Virus record (IMG/VR): IMGVR_UViG_3300037541_000804
Span: 64,001-128,000 of that record
From: a virus
Strand: one strand, 5' to 3'
DNA length: 64,000 nt
The notes beneath the pieces were generated by a model that worked only from the letters and a program-made list of their open reading frames with translations, did not search any database and was not told the DNA's origin. The position numbers and the translations under genes are program-made. This document shows, piece by piece, positions 7,878 to 17,767 of the stretch; the stretch's first letter is position 1; the number at the start of each line of letters is the position of its first letter.

Positions 7878-9905
7878 TCAAACCAACAGGGCGGCCTCGT
7901 AAGCGCTGATTTGGTGCTCTACAGAAGCCTCCAAAATCTCGGGCCTAACACTTAGTCCGCCGATTTTATTAGGGTCTTTCACACATTCAGCGGCCAAATT
8001 CTCCCAATCAGCTTGTTCAGTAGCGCAAACCACAGACTGCATTAAGCGTTCTGCCATCTGGCTTTGGAACTCGTTAAGCGATTCAACTTTATGTTTTTCT
8101 TTTATTTTGGCCGAAATAAAGGACAAGAGATTTTCCGTGGCATAGACGGTTGTTTTAATATCTTCGACGCTGGCGACAGCAGTTTTCGCTCCATTTGGTC
8201 TGCCAGACGGTTTCATGTTTTTCTTGCTGGTAGCCTTGGGTGGCGCTGTTTCCGCCGATTTTTGGTTGTCGATAGAGTATTTCGTATTGGTATCCAGCGG
8301 TGGAGAAACAACAGGCACGGGACTCAACGGCAACCAATGGCCCTTGCGTCGTTCCTTAACATACTCTTCTTGACGAGTCATGAAATCTTCGCCCTCTGGG
8401 TCTGGGAATTGGCCCGTGCGGATAGTTTCCAAGCCAGTCTTAACGTCTAGCAATCCTAGTTCCATCATACGAGTCACCACACGCCACATTTGAGTTGGGT
8501 CTTTGGCATCTGTAACCTTAAACGTCACCTTGGGCGGCGATTGCATGCCTAGATTTTTGGCAATACGATTAATCTCGGGCTGGAGGAAATCGTTTAGGAA
8601 AGTGTTTCGTGCCTCGCGCAATTTCTCAAGAAATACTTGGACTTTTGTTTGCGTGTTGCCATACTTTTCTTCACCAATAATAACGTTTTGTAAACCCTCG
8701 GCAATATCACGATTCAGAGTCTCGTATTTGGCTGGCCCAAGAACTTTTTGCAAGTCAGGGATAATAAATTCAGCTTTTGTGGTCCAATCGCTAACCAACG
8801 TGCGGCCAACGCTCTCGTTTTTAAACAAATTTTGCATCGCCGTTAAATTGGCAGGGTTAATCCCGCCGTCTTCTGGTTTTGCGCCCATTGTAATTAGGAG
8901 AATCATATTTTCCGCCGTTCGGAGAACTGCTTGGTCCATTTTTTTCATCTCTAGTTTGGCGTTAATATCGTCTAGGACACGATAGCCGAATGGAATGGCA
9001 AACGGTTCGTAAGACTGGCGCTTATAAAAGCTAGAAACTAGGCAAGTTGGGTCTAGTTTAATGCGAATGCCGTTACTTTGCCAAGTTTTCTTAGCGAGAG
9101 CATCTTTTGCTTCTTTTGGCAGGCTTTCAGCGATTTTTTTGTCGTCTTCGTTTTGGGGATTCGCTAGTCGCAGAAGGTCATACTTGGAAAGGATAAGCTC
9201 GTATTGGTCATTGCCGAATGTGGTTGAGGCTTTAGCTACAATATTGAATGGATTAAGAAAGATATACTTAAGCGGCACAACATTTTTGCCGCCTAAAGAA
9301 TCTTCGGCCCCATAGACTTGGATTAGCTTGCGATAATCACTTTCATCAAAGGTTCCGTCCACGCGATAAATGAAAACATTACCCGAACGATAATATTCGC
9401 GGAAATATTCGTCGCAAACTTTCCAGATTTTGATTTTTTTCAGCCAAGCGTCGAAGAATTTTTTAGCTTTTTTAGTTCCAGCCTCAAAATAGAGTTCCGT
9501 ATTGGCAAACTCGCTCATTAGGTCAATAGCGTTAGCAAAAACAGCCACATTAGCGTATGCTTTTTGGCAGAGTTCAATAGCGTCACGAACGTCAACACAA
9601 TCGCTTGTGGGTGAATAGGCGTATGGGAGCATTCCCGCCCGAATAGCGGCGAATCTATCGGGAACGCCTACTAAAGCGGCGGAATTAATTCGGCGACCTG
9701 TGCTTGCGCCAGAATCGGGCGAGCTTCGGCCCGCAATAGCAGCTTTGGCCACATTGGTTAGAAGCGTGGAAGACGAAGTGTAGAATGGATCGCCAGCGGT
9801 TTGGGGTTCCCAAGAGGCGACGGCTAAGTTTTGAATTGGGGCGGGTTCTGGTTGGGAGAGTTGGTTCCAGTAGTCGGCTTTGTGCTTGGTGTATTTTCGC
9901 GGCAT
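7878..9905 (-). CDS. Portal protein
   Basis: 675 aa downstream of terminase; VFANAIDLMSEF and EYYRSGNVFIY portal-like motifs. Confidence 0.8.
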   Translation of the reverse strand: MPRKYTKHKADYWNQLSQPEPAPIQNLAVASWEPQTAGDPFYTSSSTLLTNVAKAAIAGRSSPDSGASTGRRINSAALVGVPDRFAAIRAGMLPYAYSPTSDCVDVRDAIELCQKAYANVAVFANAIDLMSEFANTELYFEAGTKKAKKFFDAWLKKIKIWKVCDEYFREYYRSGNVFIYRVDGTFDESDYRKLIQVYGAEDSLGGKNVVPLKYIFLNPFNIVAKASTTFGNDQYELILSKYDLLRLANPQNEDDKKIAESLPKEAKDALAKKTWQSNGIRIKLDPTCLVSSFYKRQSYEPFAIPFGYRVLDDINAKLEMKKMDQAVLRTAENMILLITMGAKPEDGGINPANLTAMQNLFKNESVGRTLVSDWTTKAEFIIPDLQKVLGPAKYETLNRDIAEGLQNVIIGEEKYGNTQTKVQVFLEKLREARNTFLNDFLQPEINRIAKNLGMQSPPKVTFKVTDAKDPTQMWRVVTRMMELGLLDVKTGLETIRTGQFPDPEGEDFMTRQEEYVKERRKGHWLPLSPVPVVSPPLDTNTKYSIDNQKSAETAPPKATSKKNMKPSGRPNGAKTAVASVEDIKTTVYATENLLSFISAKIKEKHKVESLNEFQSQMAERLMQSVVCATEQADWENLAAECVKDPNKIGGLSVRPEILEASVEHQISAYEAALLV

Positions 9906-9962
9906 ATAAAAAGATTACACGCGGGCGCGGAAAGTTGGGAAAGTAACTTTGAAAGTCACAAT

Positions 9963-10712
9963 TTAACTATCGGAATTACATTTTGATGGTTCGACATATT
10001 CCCATTTAAAGCCATTTGAAGATTTTCTTTTCCCAGTTAACGCTCTAGATATGTGTTTCGCTGGAACATTCAAAAATTTAGCGGCCTCGAAAACAGAATT
10101 CCACTCATTAATAATCTCGTTTGTTATTTTATCTAACTGTCTTATTTTTTTTCTCTTAGATAGCATTGTTTTCCCCATATTTCCCAAAGATATATTTCGC
10201 CGATGTTCCTCTTTAAATTTTTTGCCGAAAAACCAATGTTTTGAGCCAGAACGTCCATCGCTTAACTTTTGTTTGGTTTCTTGACTTAAATGCTTGCCAA
10301 ATGTGTGTGACTTTTCTCCTAAATGAGCGATTCTTTGTTTTTCTTTAGTTTCCGCGCTTGCCTTACACCCCGTCCTATCAATTCCATATTCACATATATT
10401 GTATCCATATTTTGGGGTAGTTGCTTGGTAAAACTTAATCCAAAAAGATTCTCGATTAAGCAGGTATTTATTAAAACTTCTATCTTTTGTGGGGTATAGC
10501 TCCATTATTTCGCATTTGAAATTTTCAAAGCCATGTTTTATCATAGCTCTAATGAGGAATCTTTTTTTCACGGAAGATAATTCCCATTTATACAAGGGAA
10601 GCCTCTTTGATAAATTCAATGATTTGCCAATATAAATTTTTCCATTAATTAAATTGGTTATCCTATAAATTCCAGCCAAAGCTGGAATTGGGTTATTGTC
10701 ATTAATTACCAT
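9963..10712 (-). CDS. Free-standing GIY-YIG homing endonuclease with NUMOD3/NUMOD1 repeats
   Basis: GIYRITNLINGKIYIGKS...RE..W...GYN; HLSQETKQKLS-type NUMOD3; C-terminal NUMOD1-like HTH. Confidence 0.9.
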   Translation of the reverse strand: MVINDNNPIPALAGIYRITNLINGKIYIGKSLNLSKRLPLYKWELSSVKKRFLIRAMIKHGFENFKCEIMELYPTKDRSFNKYLLNRESFWIKFYQATTPKYGYNICEYGIDRTGCKASAETKEKQRIAHLGEKSHTFGKHLSQETKQKLSDGRSGSKHWFFGKKFKEEHRRNISLGNMGKTMLSKRKKIRQLDKITNEIINEWNSVFEAAKFLNVPAKHISRALTGKRKSSNGFKWEYVEPSKCNSDS

Positions 10713-12565
10713 TATACAAAAAATGGAGTAAAAGTTTTTTGAACCTCTTCAACGGGTAGATTCCCCATGTCCCTGAATATCGAAACTCCCCAATTCCCCA
10801 ACATTAGGGCTGTAAAACTGTCTCGGCGAGCTTTATTTGGCCCACGCTGCCGTTTTAAATTCGGCGGAAGATCAAAAGACTGTGTTCCTTGCGCTGTAGA
10901 AGTCACTTCAATAAGAGCACACTGGGTTTTGGTCATTTCAATATTATCTTTCAGGTTTTCCACAAAATCTACAACATTTGGTTTTGTCGTAGCATTATCC
11001 CTAAGAAATTTTAGAGAATCAACTGGCACGGGCAGCTTAATTTGCCGCTCGAATTCCTCATCTGTCGCCGAGCTAGCGAACCAGATTTTTTTGTGGTCAA
11101 TTGCAGACTGTAGTAATTCATTGCCTTGACGAATAAAGTTACTGGACGGTTTTCTCTGTATGCAAATGCGACCTTCGCTAGCGTTATAAAGGTTACGGAT
11201 ATTTTGAATATCTTCGTGGTATTTAGTGGCATCTTCCACGTCAACGTCGATTGTTTTAATTTCCAGCTTGTCAGATTTAAAGATTTCGCTCTCATTTGCG
11301 GCGCTTAAAAACTGAACCCCACCAGCAAAGTCGAAAACAATAAACTTAATATTAAAATTCTTGAGCAAGAAATGGAAGTATTTGATATGATCCTTCATTG
11401 CTGTTCCTGGAAGGGCGTAAGAATGGACAAGGACACCAATACCAGTCTCCTTAAAGTATTTAATTACCTGAAACACAAAGTCATCAGACCCTTCTGATTC
11501 AGACCATGAAATATCGCCACTTAGAATATACTCCGCGTCTTTTTCGCCAATAGCCTCTACGCATTGACCTTCGCCATCCGCATAAGTACATTCCTTCATT
11601 TTGGACATTTTAAAGAATCCAGAGCTATCGTCCGTGAACCGCGATAAAAATTCTCTTCCAAATTGGGCTTCGCTCATTTGTGCCTTAGCGCTTGCGATCA
11701 ACGATTGGTCATAAAGCTCTTCTGGTAAACACTCATATGAGATGTGGAATACTCCGTATTTAGCATTATCTTTTCTCTTATCGTCAAAGATGGCTTTGTC
11801 ATACTCGTCATACATTGTTTTCAGATACTCAAAAGAGTAAGATGCAGAAGATAGCCCAATCATCTTATTACTTCCCCATTGGTAACGGTCTTCTTCCGTC
11901 ATCTTACCTTGAGAAATCAACTCTGTTTCGGCCTCTCTTACCTTTTTTCTATCTGTGACATCAGTGTTTGTGGATAGGAACGGGCGAATAACTTCATTGA
12001 TCAAACGAGGCGAAAGAAGCAAAAGCTCATCAATAACCATCACTTTGAAACGATAACCACGAAGCTTTCCGCCGTCGCCCGTAGGAAGGCACACCAACTG
12101 ACTGCGACCAATTCTGATAACCCATTCGTCATTCTTTAGGGAAATATCTTTATCACCAATGATTTGCTTTAGAAACTTTGCCTTTGGATCAAGTCTTAAA
12201 TCCAAGATTTTCTGCATCAATAGTCGAGCCTGACGGAAAGAGTTAGCGATGATTCCAATTTTAATTCCCTGATTTAATGACGCATAAAGAATAAGAAAAA
12301 TAGCGCAAATAAAGGACTTTCCCGACCCGCGACTACATATAGCGAGAAAGTAATCAACGTTGAACATCGCTTTTACCATCATGCTTTGGAACTCAAGAAG
12401 TTCTACTCCAGTAAGTATCTTAGACAGGAAAGTGAGATTCTCTCGAAAGAACTTTTCAAGCCATAGTTTCGCGTCCTTCTCCTCTAAAAACCCCTCCACT
12501 TTAGCAAGGTCTTCGTTAGTGTACTCTTTCTTCTTAATCGGCTGAACGCCAGCTTGCCATGCCAT
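10712..12565 (-). CDS. terL: Terminase large subunit
   Basis: Walker A SRGSGKS, LRGYRFKVMVIDE Walker B, SSA coupling motif, C-terminal RNase H-like nuclease (LSGDISW...RRDSFTAL). Confidence 0.9.
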   Translation of the reverse strand: MAWQAGVQPIKKKEYTNEDLAKVEGFLEEKDAKLWLEKFFRENLTFLSKILTGVELLEFQSMMVKAMFNVDYFLAICSRGSGKSFICAIFLILYASLNQGIKIGIIANSFRQARLLMQKILDLRLDPKAKFLKQIIGDKDISLKNDEWVIRIGRSQLVCLPTGDGGKLRGYRFKVMVIDELLLLSPRLINEVIRPFLSTNTDVTDRKKVREAETELISQGKMTEEDRYQWGSNKMIGLSSASYSFEYLKTMYDEYDKAIFDDKRKDNAKYGVFHISYECLPEELYDQSLIASAKAQMSEAQFGREFLSRFTDDSSGFFKMSKMKECTYADGEGQCVEAIGEKDAEYILSGDISWSESEGSDDFVFQVIKYFKETGIGVLVHSYALPGTAMKDHIKYFHFLLKNFNIKFIVFDFAGGVQFLSAANESEIFKSDKLEIKTIDVDVEDATKYHEDIQNIRNLYNASEGRICIQRKPSSNFIRQGNELLQSAIDHKKIWFASSATDEEFERQIKLPVPVDSLKFLRDNATTKPNVVDFVENLKDNIEMTKTQCALIEVTSTAQGTQSFDLPPNLKRQRGPNKARRDSFTALMLGNWGVSIFRDMGNLPVEEVQKTFTPFFV

Positions 12566-13476
12566 TAGCTTTGTCCTCCTAAAAAGTATTGCATATCGAC
12601 TCCATAAAGTTTATTTCCCAAACATAGTAGCTTAGGAATGATTAGTTGACTATTCTCTCTACTGCCAGAAAACACGAATTGTAAATGGCCGCGAAATTCT
12701 TCGACCAAAGTTCGCATATTGTGGCCAATAAAAGATAGGTTGAATTTGTGATGAGAGGTTCGCTTGAGGTCAAAAACCTTGCCCATTGGGCATTCTATAA
12801 CTACCCATAGGTAACAATCTTGGGTTTTCGCCCGATTAATTTCGCGCCGAAATCTTTCTAAGTTGTCGCCAACTAAGGTTTGACACCAATCCTCAAATGA
12901 TTTACGATCAACAGCGGTATTTGTGTAATCCGCCCCAATAGTAGAGTAATCTCCTACGTCAAGTTTATGGCATTCGCTATTCGCGAATTGCAATTTTTTT
13001 TGCTCTCGCGAATCAATCAGAATCTTCCTCTTGGAAAAGTCGTTAGACCATTCGGTGGGGAGTTTATCTTTGAACGGAGGAATTAAATTGGCCAATTCGC
13101 AGGCTTTTGAGTATGATCCAAACAATCGCTTGTATTCTTTGATCGGCGGAAGGTCGGCGAAAAATAGCTCAACCTCTGACGGCGCGAATGTGAGTTTTTT
13201 ATCTTCGGCCCTCTTCTTTAACATGTCTAAAGCTAAATCCTTAGCTTCGTTTTCTGGAGACACGTTCAGCCATTCCATCATATTCTCGCGCTGGGAGAAG
13301 TGTGTGGAAAAGTATTCATCCTTTTGTTTAAACTGAATAGCCTGCCGCGTCAACAGGTCTTTTCTCGGGAAAAATTCGCAATAATAATCGGCCACGGTCA
13401 TCCCATGCGCTTTAAAGTGCGCGTGAAGGCTTCTTTCGCTTGGAAACGTAGTCCCACATTTTTTACACGGAAACAT
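12565..13476 (-). CDS. C2H2 zinc finger + ERCC4/XPF-type nuclease
   Basis: CKKC..HAHFKAH; ILIDSREQ, LDVGDY, VDRKS ERCC4 motifs. Confidence 0.75.
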   Translation of the reverse strand: MFPCKKCGTTFPSERSLHAHFKAHGMTVADYYCEFFPRKDLLTRQAIQFKQKDEYFSTHFSQRENMMEWLNVSPENEAKDLALDMLKKRAEDKKLTFAPSEVELFFADLPPIKEYKRLFGSYSKACELANLIPPFKDKLPTEWSNDFSKRKILIDSREQKKLQFANSECHKLDVGDYSTIGADYTNTAVDRKSFEDWCQTLVGDNLERFRREINRAKTQDCYLWVVIECPMGKVFDLKRTSHHKFNLSFIGHNMRTLVEEFRGHLQFVFSGSRENSQLIIPKLLCLGNKLYGVDMQYFLGGQS

Positions 13477-14567
13477 TAGAGAACCTCCTCTTTAGCTACC
13501 CCGAAGATTCGGCAAACAAAGTCATCCATGTTTTCCAGCCTGTTAGCTTCCTCAGAAATCGCCGCTCTTTGAAGTTCGGCCAACCTAAGCATATTTTTTC
13601 GTTCCTGCTCTTCTTGGGCAAGTTGAACTATGCTCACAAAACTCGTTTCATCTTTGGCCAAATTCTTCAATCTATCAGACCTGTCACCTTGCAATTTCTT
13701 AATCGTATCCGACACGCGCTTTTGGTTTTGCTGGTACTCCGAGGTTTTAGCTCCGAGCATTTCAGAAAACTTGACGGAAAACTCCGTAGGATCGTCCCCC
13801 ATTTGAGAAAACATTTCATTGAGCGTACTTATGTGGCTCGTCAAAACTTCCCCGTTCACAATATCCTTGCAAACGTTCATATAAAGATTCAACTCGTCCG
13901 CAGTCAAATCAGGCTTGTCCCACGTCAAACGCACAAACTCTTCCACAAACAAGTCTCTATCCTTATGATTTAAATACGAATCACAAATACGAATAAACCT
14001 CATCGACCCCATGTTGCACTTCAACTTTTCAACATAAGCCTTGTACTTGCCCGAAATCTTTTCAGGGTCAAGGTTTACACCAACAGAAGAGTTAATGTAA
14101 TTAACCACACGACTCAATTCTTTCGGCGCATAATATTTTGTGGCTGTAGGAGTTGATTGATCGGGCCGATAATCTGGATTAATCTCTTGCACACAAGCAT
14201 AAACCGCCCGCCATTCACGGCTCAACTTCTTTATTTCGGCCCCAAAAATCTCTTGGGCCATCTGGATAGTCGTCTTATCTTCGGCCATCCATAATTCAAT
14301 CTGGCGCTTGTTTTCGTCTGTGAGCGTAATAACATCCTCGCGCACGGGATTATGCTTTGTCTTGTAACGGAAACCTTTCTCAGCCATAAACTTTCGCACA
14401 GCAATACCTTCAATATCGCGGCCATCTTTTTTGTCGTTGCCAGTGACGAGTTTAGTCAAAAGATTAACATCAGTTACCCCTTTGCCAAAGTTGTCAGTGA
14501 TTAGCTGCTTTTGGTTATCATCTAAGGGGTATTCTTTTTTCTTGGGGGTTGCCATGTTATTTTTCAA
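13476..14567 (-). CDS. Hypothetical protein, candidate terminase small subunit
   Basis: 363 aa, coiled-coil C-half, translationally coupled upstream of ERCC4/terL. Positional only. Confidence 0.3.
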   Translation of the reverse strand: MKNNMATPKKKEYPLDDNQKQLITDNFGKGVTDVNLLTKLVTGNDKKDGRDIEGIAVRKFMAEKGFRYKTKHNPVREDVITLTDENKRQIELWMAEDKTTIQMAQEIFGAEIKKLSREWRAVYACVQEINPDYRPDQSTPTATKYYAPKELSRVVNYINSSVGVNLDPEKISGKYKAYVEKLKCNMGSMRFIRICDSYLNHKDRDLFVEEFVRLTWDKPDLTADELNLYMNVCKDIVNGEVLTSHISTLNEMFSQMGDDPTEFSVKFSEMLGAKTSEYQQNQKRVSDTIKKLQGDRSDRLKNLAKDETSFVSIVQLAQEEQERKNMLRLAELQRAAISEEANRLENMDDFVCRIFGVAKEEVL

Positions 14568-14699
14568 TCCATAAGAGAATTGGCTCTTTAGTATTAGGGC
14601 AAATTGCCCAATGTGTATATTTGGGAGGCGGCGTTTTAAATTCTAAAAATTCTACCGTATGATCCAACTGACACCTAGCGCAGCACTTAATTGTAATAT

Positions 14700-15377
14700 T
14701 CATGGCCAATACTCGGCTATATCACTTTCCGCGATGATTCGTTTCGCTTCTTTGGACAAACTATCCCTATGAGCGGCCAAAATCTTCTTTTGCCCGCCCT
14801 TGTTTCTGCCGCGAAGTCTCAAAACCAGAGCGGCCTCGTCTTCTGGAATGTTGCCGATAAATAAAATCTTAAACGCCTCAAACCGCTTAGGCATCATGTG
14901 TTTTTCCAACTCAACCAAGACGCGGCGCATTGTTTCCTCGAAATTAATTGAGTCGTCTATTTTATTGTTCACCTCTTGTGAATGATGTTCTAGCTCAAGA
15001 GGCATTTTAGCATGGTAGCCATACTTCTTTGTCTTGCTCCACTTTTCGTAGAGGGGGCATTCCTCGCATTGGAGATTGCTAGGAGTTTCGGCGCAACCCT
15101 CTTCTCCAACTGCTGACTTACATTGCACGCATGGGCGAGCGTGACTCGTGTAAAGGTTGCGGAATTGGTTGTAAATCTGATTGCTGGCAATGCGTTGAAC
15201 CCATGGAGCTAGTTTGCGCGTTTGATCCCAGAGATGCCACTTTTTAGCAATGTGGGCGCGAATAATTTGGGCTATATCCTCCCAATCAATCCAACGAAGA
15301 ATACCCAGAGTCCACTTTCGGCGGCGCTTGTTTAGTTCTTTTTCAATCTGATCTGAGCAATCTTCGTAGGTTAGCAT
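14700..15377 (-). CDS. Phage sigma70-family (ECF-like) sigma factor with Cys-rich insert
   Basis: Region 2 DWEDIAQ...WDQTRKLAPWVQRIASNQIYNQFR; region 4-like C-terminus; CxxC-x8-C-x8-CxxC linker. Confidence 0.75.
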   Translation of the reverse strand: MLTYEDCSDQIEKELNKRRRKWTLGILRWIDWEDIAQIIRAHIAKKWHLWDQTRKLAPWVQRIASNQIYNQFRNLYTSHARPCVQCKSAVGEEGCAETPSNLQCEECPLYEKWSKTKKYGYHAKMPLELEHHSQEVNNKIDDSINFEETMRRVLVELEKHMMPKRFEAFKILFIGNIPEDEAALVLRLRGRNKGGQKKILAAHRDSLSKEAKRIIAESDIAEYWP

Positions 15378-15682
15378 TATAGTTTGCGGGGTTTGAATCT
15401 TTTGGCGACTGTCCCGCCGTTTTCAGAGAAAGAGAACGAGTTGAGTGTTTGAACGTATTTTTCGTCGTCGTCGGCTCCAGAAATACTAACTTGAAGACCG
15501 TCTAGTTCTGGAACGACAAATACATTGGAGCCATCTTCACTGTCGTCATCAAGTTGATGAGCAACCTTTGAGGCTTTGGTGGTTGTGGTTAGCGTGTTTA
15601 ACGATTGGCCGCAACTTGTGCAAAAGTTAGAAGTTGCAGTGGGAGCTTTCGTCCCACAGGAAGGGCAGTATTTTGGCGTCAT
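15377..15682 (-). CDS. Zinc-ribbon protein
   Basis: YCPSCG...NFCTSCG with acidic C-half; coupled to the sigma gene. Confidence 0.7.
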   Translation of the reverse strand: MTPKYCPSCGTKAPTATSNFCTSCGQSLNTLTTTTKASKVAHQLDDDSEDGSNVFVVPELDGLQVSISGADDDEKYVQTLNSFSFSENGGTVAKRFKPRKL

Positions 15683-15723
15683 GTTTAATATTAACGGCCA
15701 ATTACACTAATTAGTGGTAATTA

Positions 15724-16413
15724 TTAGAGCGCCGTGACTTGGCCGATATAGCTGGTAGTCTCGCCCTTTTCATTCTGAACAATCGACACGCTAATATGCA
15801 AGCCAATCTTTTCACCATGAGCGTTGGTGAAATTAACGGTATCTTCGAATTCACAACCGTCATTAAATGCGCTAGACCATACTTTGGTATATCTAGCCAA
15901 TTCGTCAGTCTTGATAAAGCGCTTCCACGAAAATCCTAATAATTCATTGGCCCCACAATCTAAGAATCGGGCGTAGGTTCTGTTGACCCAAGTGTTTTTG
16001 CCATGAGAATCGCAAAAGAAGTAGCCGCTTTTTGAATCATTAAGTAAGGCTGATTGGCGACTATCGCTAGCCATTTGGCGCTCTTCAATGCGTTTGATAG
16101 CGTCAAAAATAGAAGACCCGCCGTTTTTGGTAAGCTTGTCTCTGACAAAATTGGTTAAGTCCATGACAGACTTCTTTACGTCGTCTATTTCCTTTCGGCC
16201 CAAATCTATTCCAGCTTTGTTTTCGGCCATTTCAAGTTCTAGCTTTCGCGCTAATTTAATCCAGCGCCAGAAACACGCGAAAGGCTTGGCTAAGACGGTT
16301 AAACATTGCCAAACAAAACCAACCAACTCCCTATATTTAAGAGCGAGCATGAAAATCGCCGTGCCAGAAGCGATTACTTGGGCAATGTGGGAGATTAGTT
16401 CCTGTTGATCCAT
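15724..16413 (-). CDS. Membrane-anchored PAS-domain protein
   Basis: Hydrophobic N-term, coiled coil, NGGSS motif, then PAS/PAC (FFCDSHGKNTWVN...ELLG..W...GE......NEKGE). Confidence 0.8.
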   Translation of the reverse strand: MDQQELISHIAQVIASGTAIFMLALKYRELVGFVWQCLTVLAKPFACFWRWIKLARKLELEMAENKAGIDLGRKEIDDVKKSVMDLTNFVRDKLTKNGGSSIFDAIKRIEERQMASDSRQSALLNDSKSGYFFCDSHGKNTWVNRTYARFLDCGANELLGFSWKRFIKTDELARYTKVWSSAFNDGCEFEDTVNFTNAHGEKIGLHISVSIVQNEKGETTSYIGQVTAL

Positions 16414-16468
16414 GCAAAAGGATTACAGGCAAATAGGGAAAAATTCTAGACGATTATGGAAATTATAA

Positions 16469-17707
16469 CTATTTTCGCGGAATGGATTCGATCTTGTCTG
16501 CGAAATGTTTTTTATATTGATCTTCTTGGAATTTGATGTAGGCTTTATTGGCTCCAGCCCCTTTTTCTCTATTTAAGTTAAATTGCTCCATGTCCTCATT
16601 GGAACCAAACTTTTTGATCTGAAATTTGACATTTCCTTTAGTCATATCTATTAATTTATATCTAACAATCGCTGCTGGCAAAAATCCAAGATAAATAAGA
16701 GGTTTGATTTTTTGATCATAAAATTCTTGCGGCGACATTCCATATTTTTGATATGCAGTACTACTTGTTAGAGATATTCTTTTTCTTCTTTCCCCACAAC
16801 CATCAGAAAGCCATGATTGCGTACTTGCCACACGACCCCTTTCCGAAAGTTCCGCCCTCTTTGTTGGATCATTTTTGATAAGCTCCGCTCTCGCTCGGGC
16901 CTTTTCTCTGATTTTTTGCTTAGTCTCTTCGGTTTGAATTTTTCCAAACATTCCATTGTTTTCTCCCGACATATTTAACTCTCCGCTTTCATACTTCGCC
17001 TTCATTTTCAACGCTCTAATCTCAACAGCTTTTTGATACTTTTCTGGGTTTTCAATTCTATTTCTTTTGGCCGTGTCTTTCTGTTTTTGAATCCTTTCCA
17101 ATGAACGACTTCTTCCCCGCAAAGATAACTTTGGAATTCCCTTTTGAGACGCGCTCATTTTAGCTTTCGTTTCGTCGGAGTGCTTTTCCCCCTTCATACA
17201 TTTCATTGACGAATCTTTATATTCTTGAGTCATGATCCTAGACCAGCCAAGACTTTCAAATTCGGCAATTTCATCGACCTTGCTTTCGTGCAACATTACC
17301 CTTTTCTCCTTACTGTATAGCCTCACATAGGTTTTAAAATTTGGCTTTATCAAGGAATAAAGTCTCGCGTTCATATAACGACCTTCTTGGTGTGGGTTTT
17401 TCGCCCTAAGCTGTCTGAAAGCAAATATCATTTTCTGCTTTAAAAGAGAATCAAACATTTTTGTCGCACAAAGATGGACGATAAAATGTTCTTTGGCCGT
17501 TAAAAATACCAAGTTTTCCTTATCTTTTTCGCCTCCCAAGCCAAAGCTTTCTGGGAGAATATGATGAGATTCAACATACCCGAAAATCTCCTTTAAAACC
17601 TTTCGATCTTGTGGCCGTTTCAAGGCGTTCTCAATTATGCGAGAATAGTACTTTGTGTACTTGTTTTGGTTAGCTATAGAGATTACTTTTTCTAGATATA
17701 TATTCAT
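16469..17707 (-). CDS. Free-standing HNH homing endonuclease with NUMOD3 repeats
   Basis: ESHHILP..GG...ENLVFLTAKEHFIVH; HSDETKAKMS and QTEETKQKIR repeats. Confidence 0.85.
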   Translation of the reverse strand: MNIYLEKVISIANQNKYTKYYSRIIENALKRPQDRKVLKEIFGYVESHHILPESFGLGGEKDKENLVFLTAKEHFIVHLCATKMFDSLLKQKMIFAFRQLRAKNPHQEGRYMNARLYSLIKPNFKTYVRLYSKEKRVMLHESKVDEIAEFESLGWSRIMTQEYKDSSMKCMKGEKHSDETKAKMSASQKGIPKLSLRGRSRSLERIQKQKDTAKRNRIENPEKYQKAVEIRALKMKAKYESGELNMSGENNGMFGKIQTEETKQKIREKARARAELIKNDPTKRAELSERGRVASTQSWLSDGCGERRKRISLTSSTAYQKYGMSPQEFYDQKIKPLIYLGFLPAAIVRYKLIDMTKGNVKFQIKKFGSNEDMEQFNLNREKGAGANKAYIKFQEDQYKKHFADKIESIPRK

Positions 17708-17767
17708 GGCAATATATATTAACCCCGAATACTACGTTAATAGATATTACTACAGATATAACCAGAA

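Noticed and set aside
9963-10712. Group I intron or intein around the GIY-YIG gene
   Set aside because: Terminase and portal both look complete and there is no room for an intron core; the nuclease is free-standing.
2072-14425. Overlapping antisense or alternate-frame ORFs in the track (e.g. 2712, 3674, 4630, 8503, 10767, 13569)
   Set aside because: They are shadows of well-supported genes, with no motifs or promoters.
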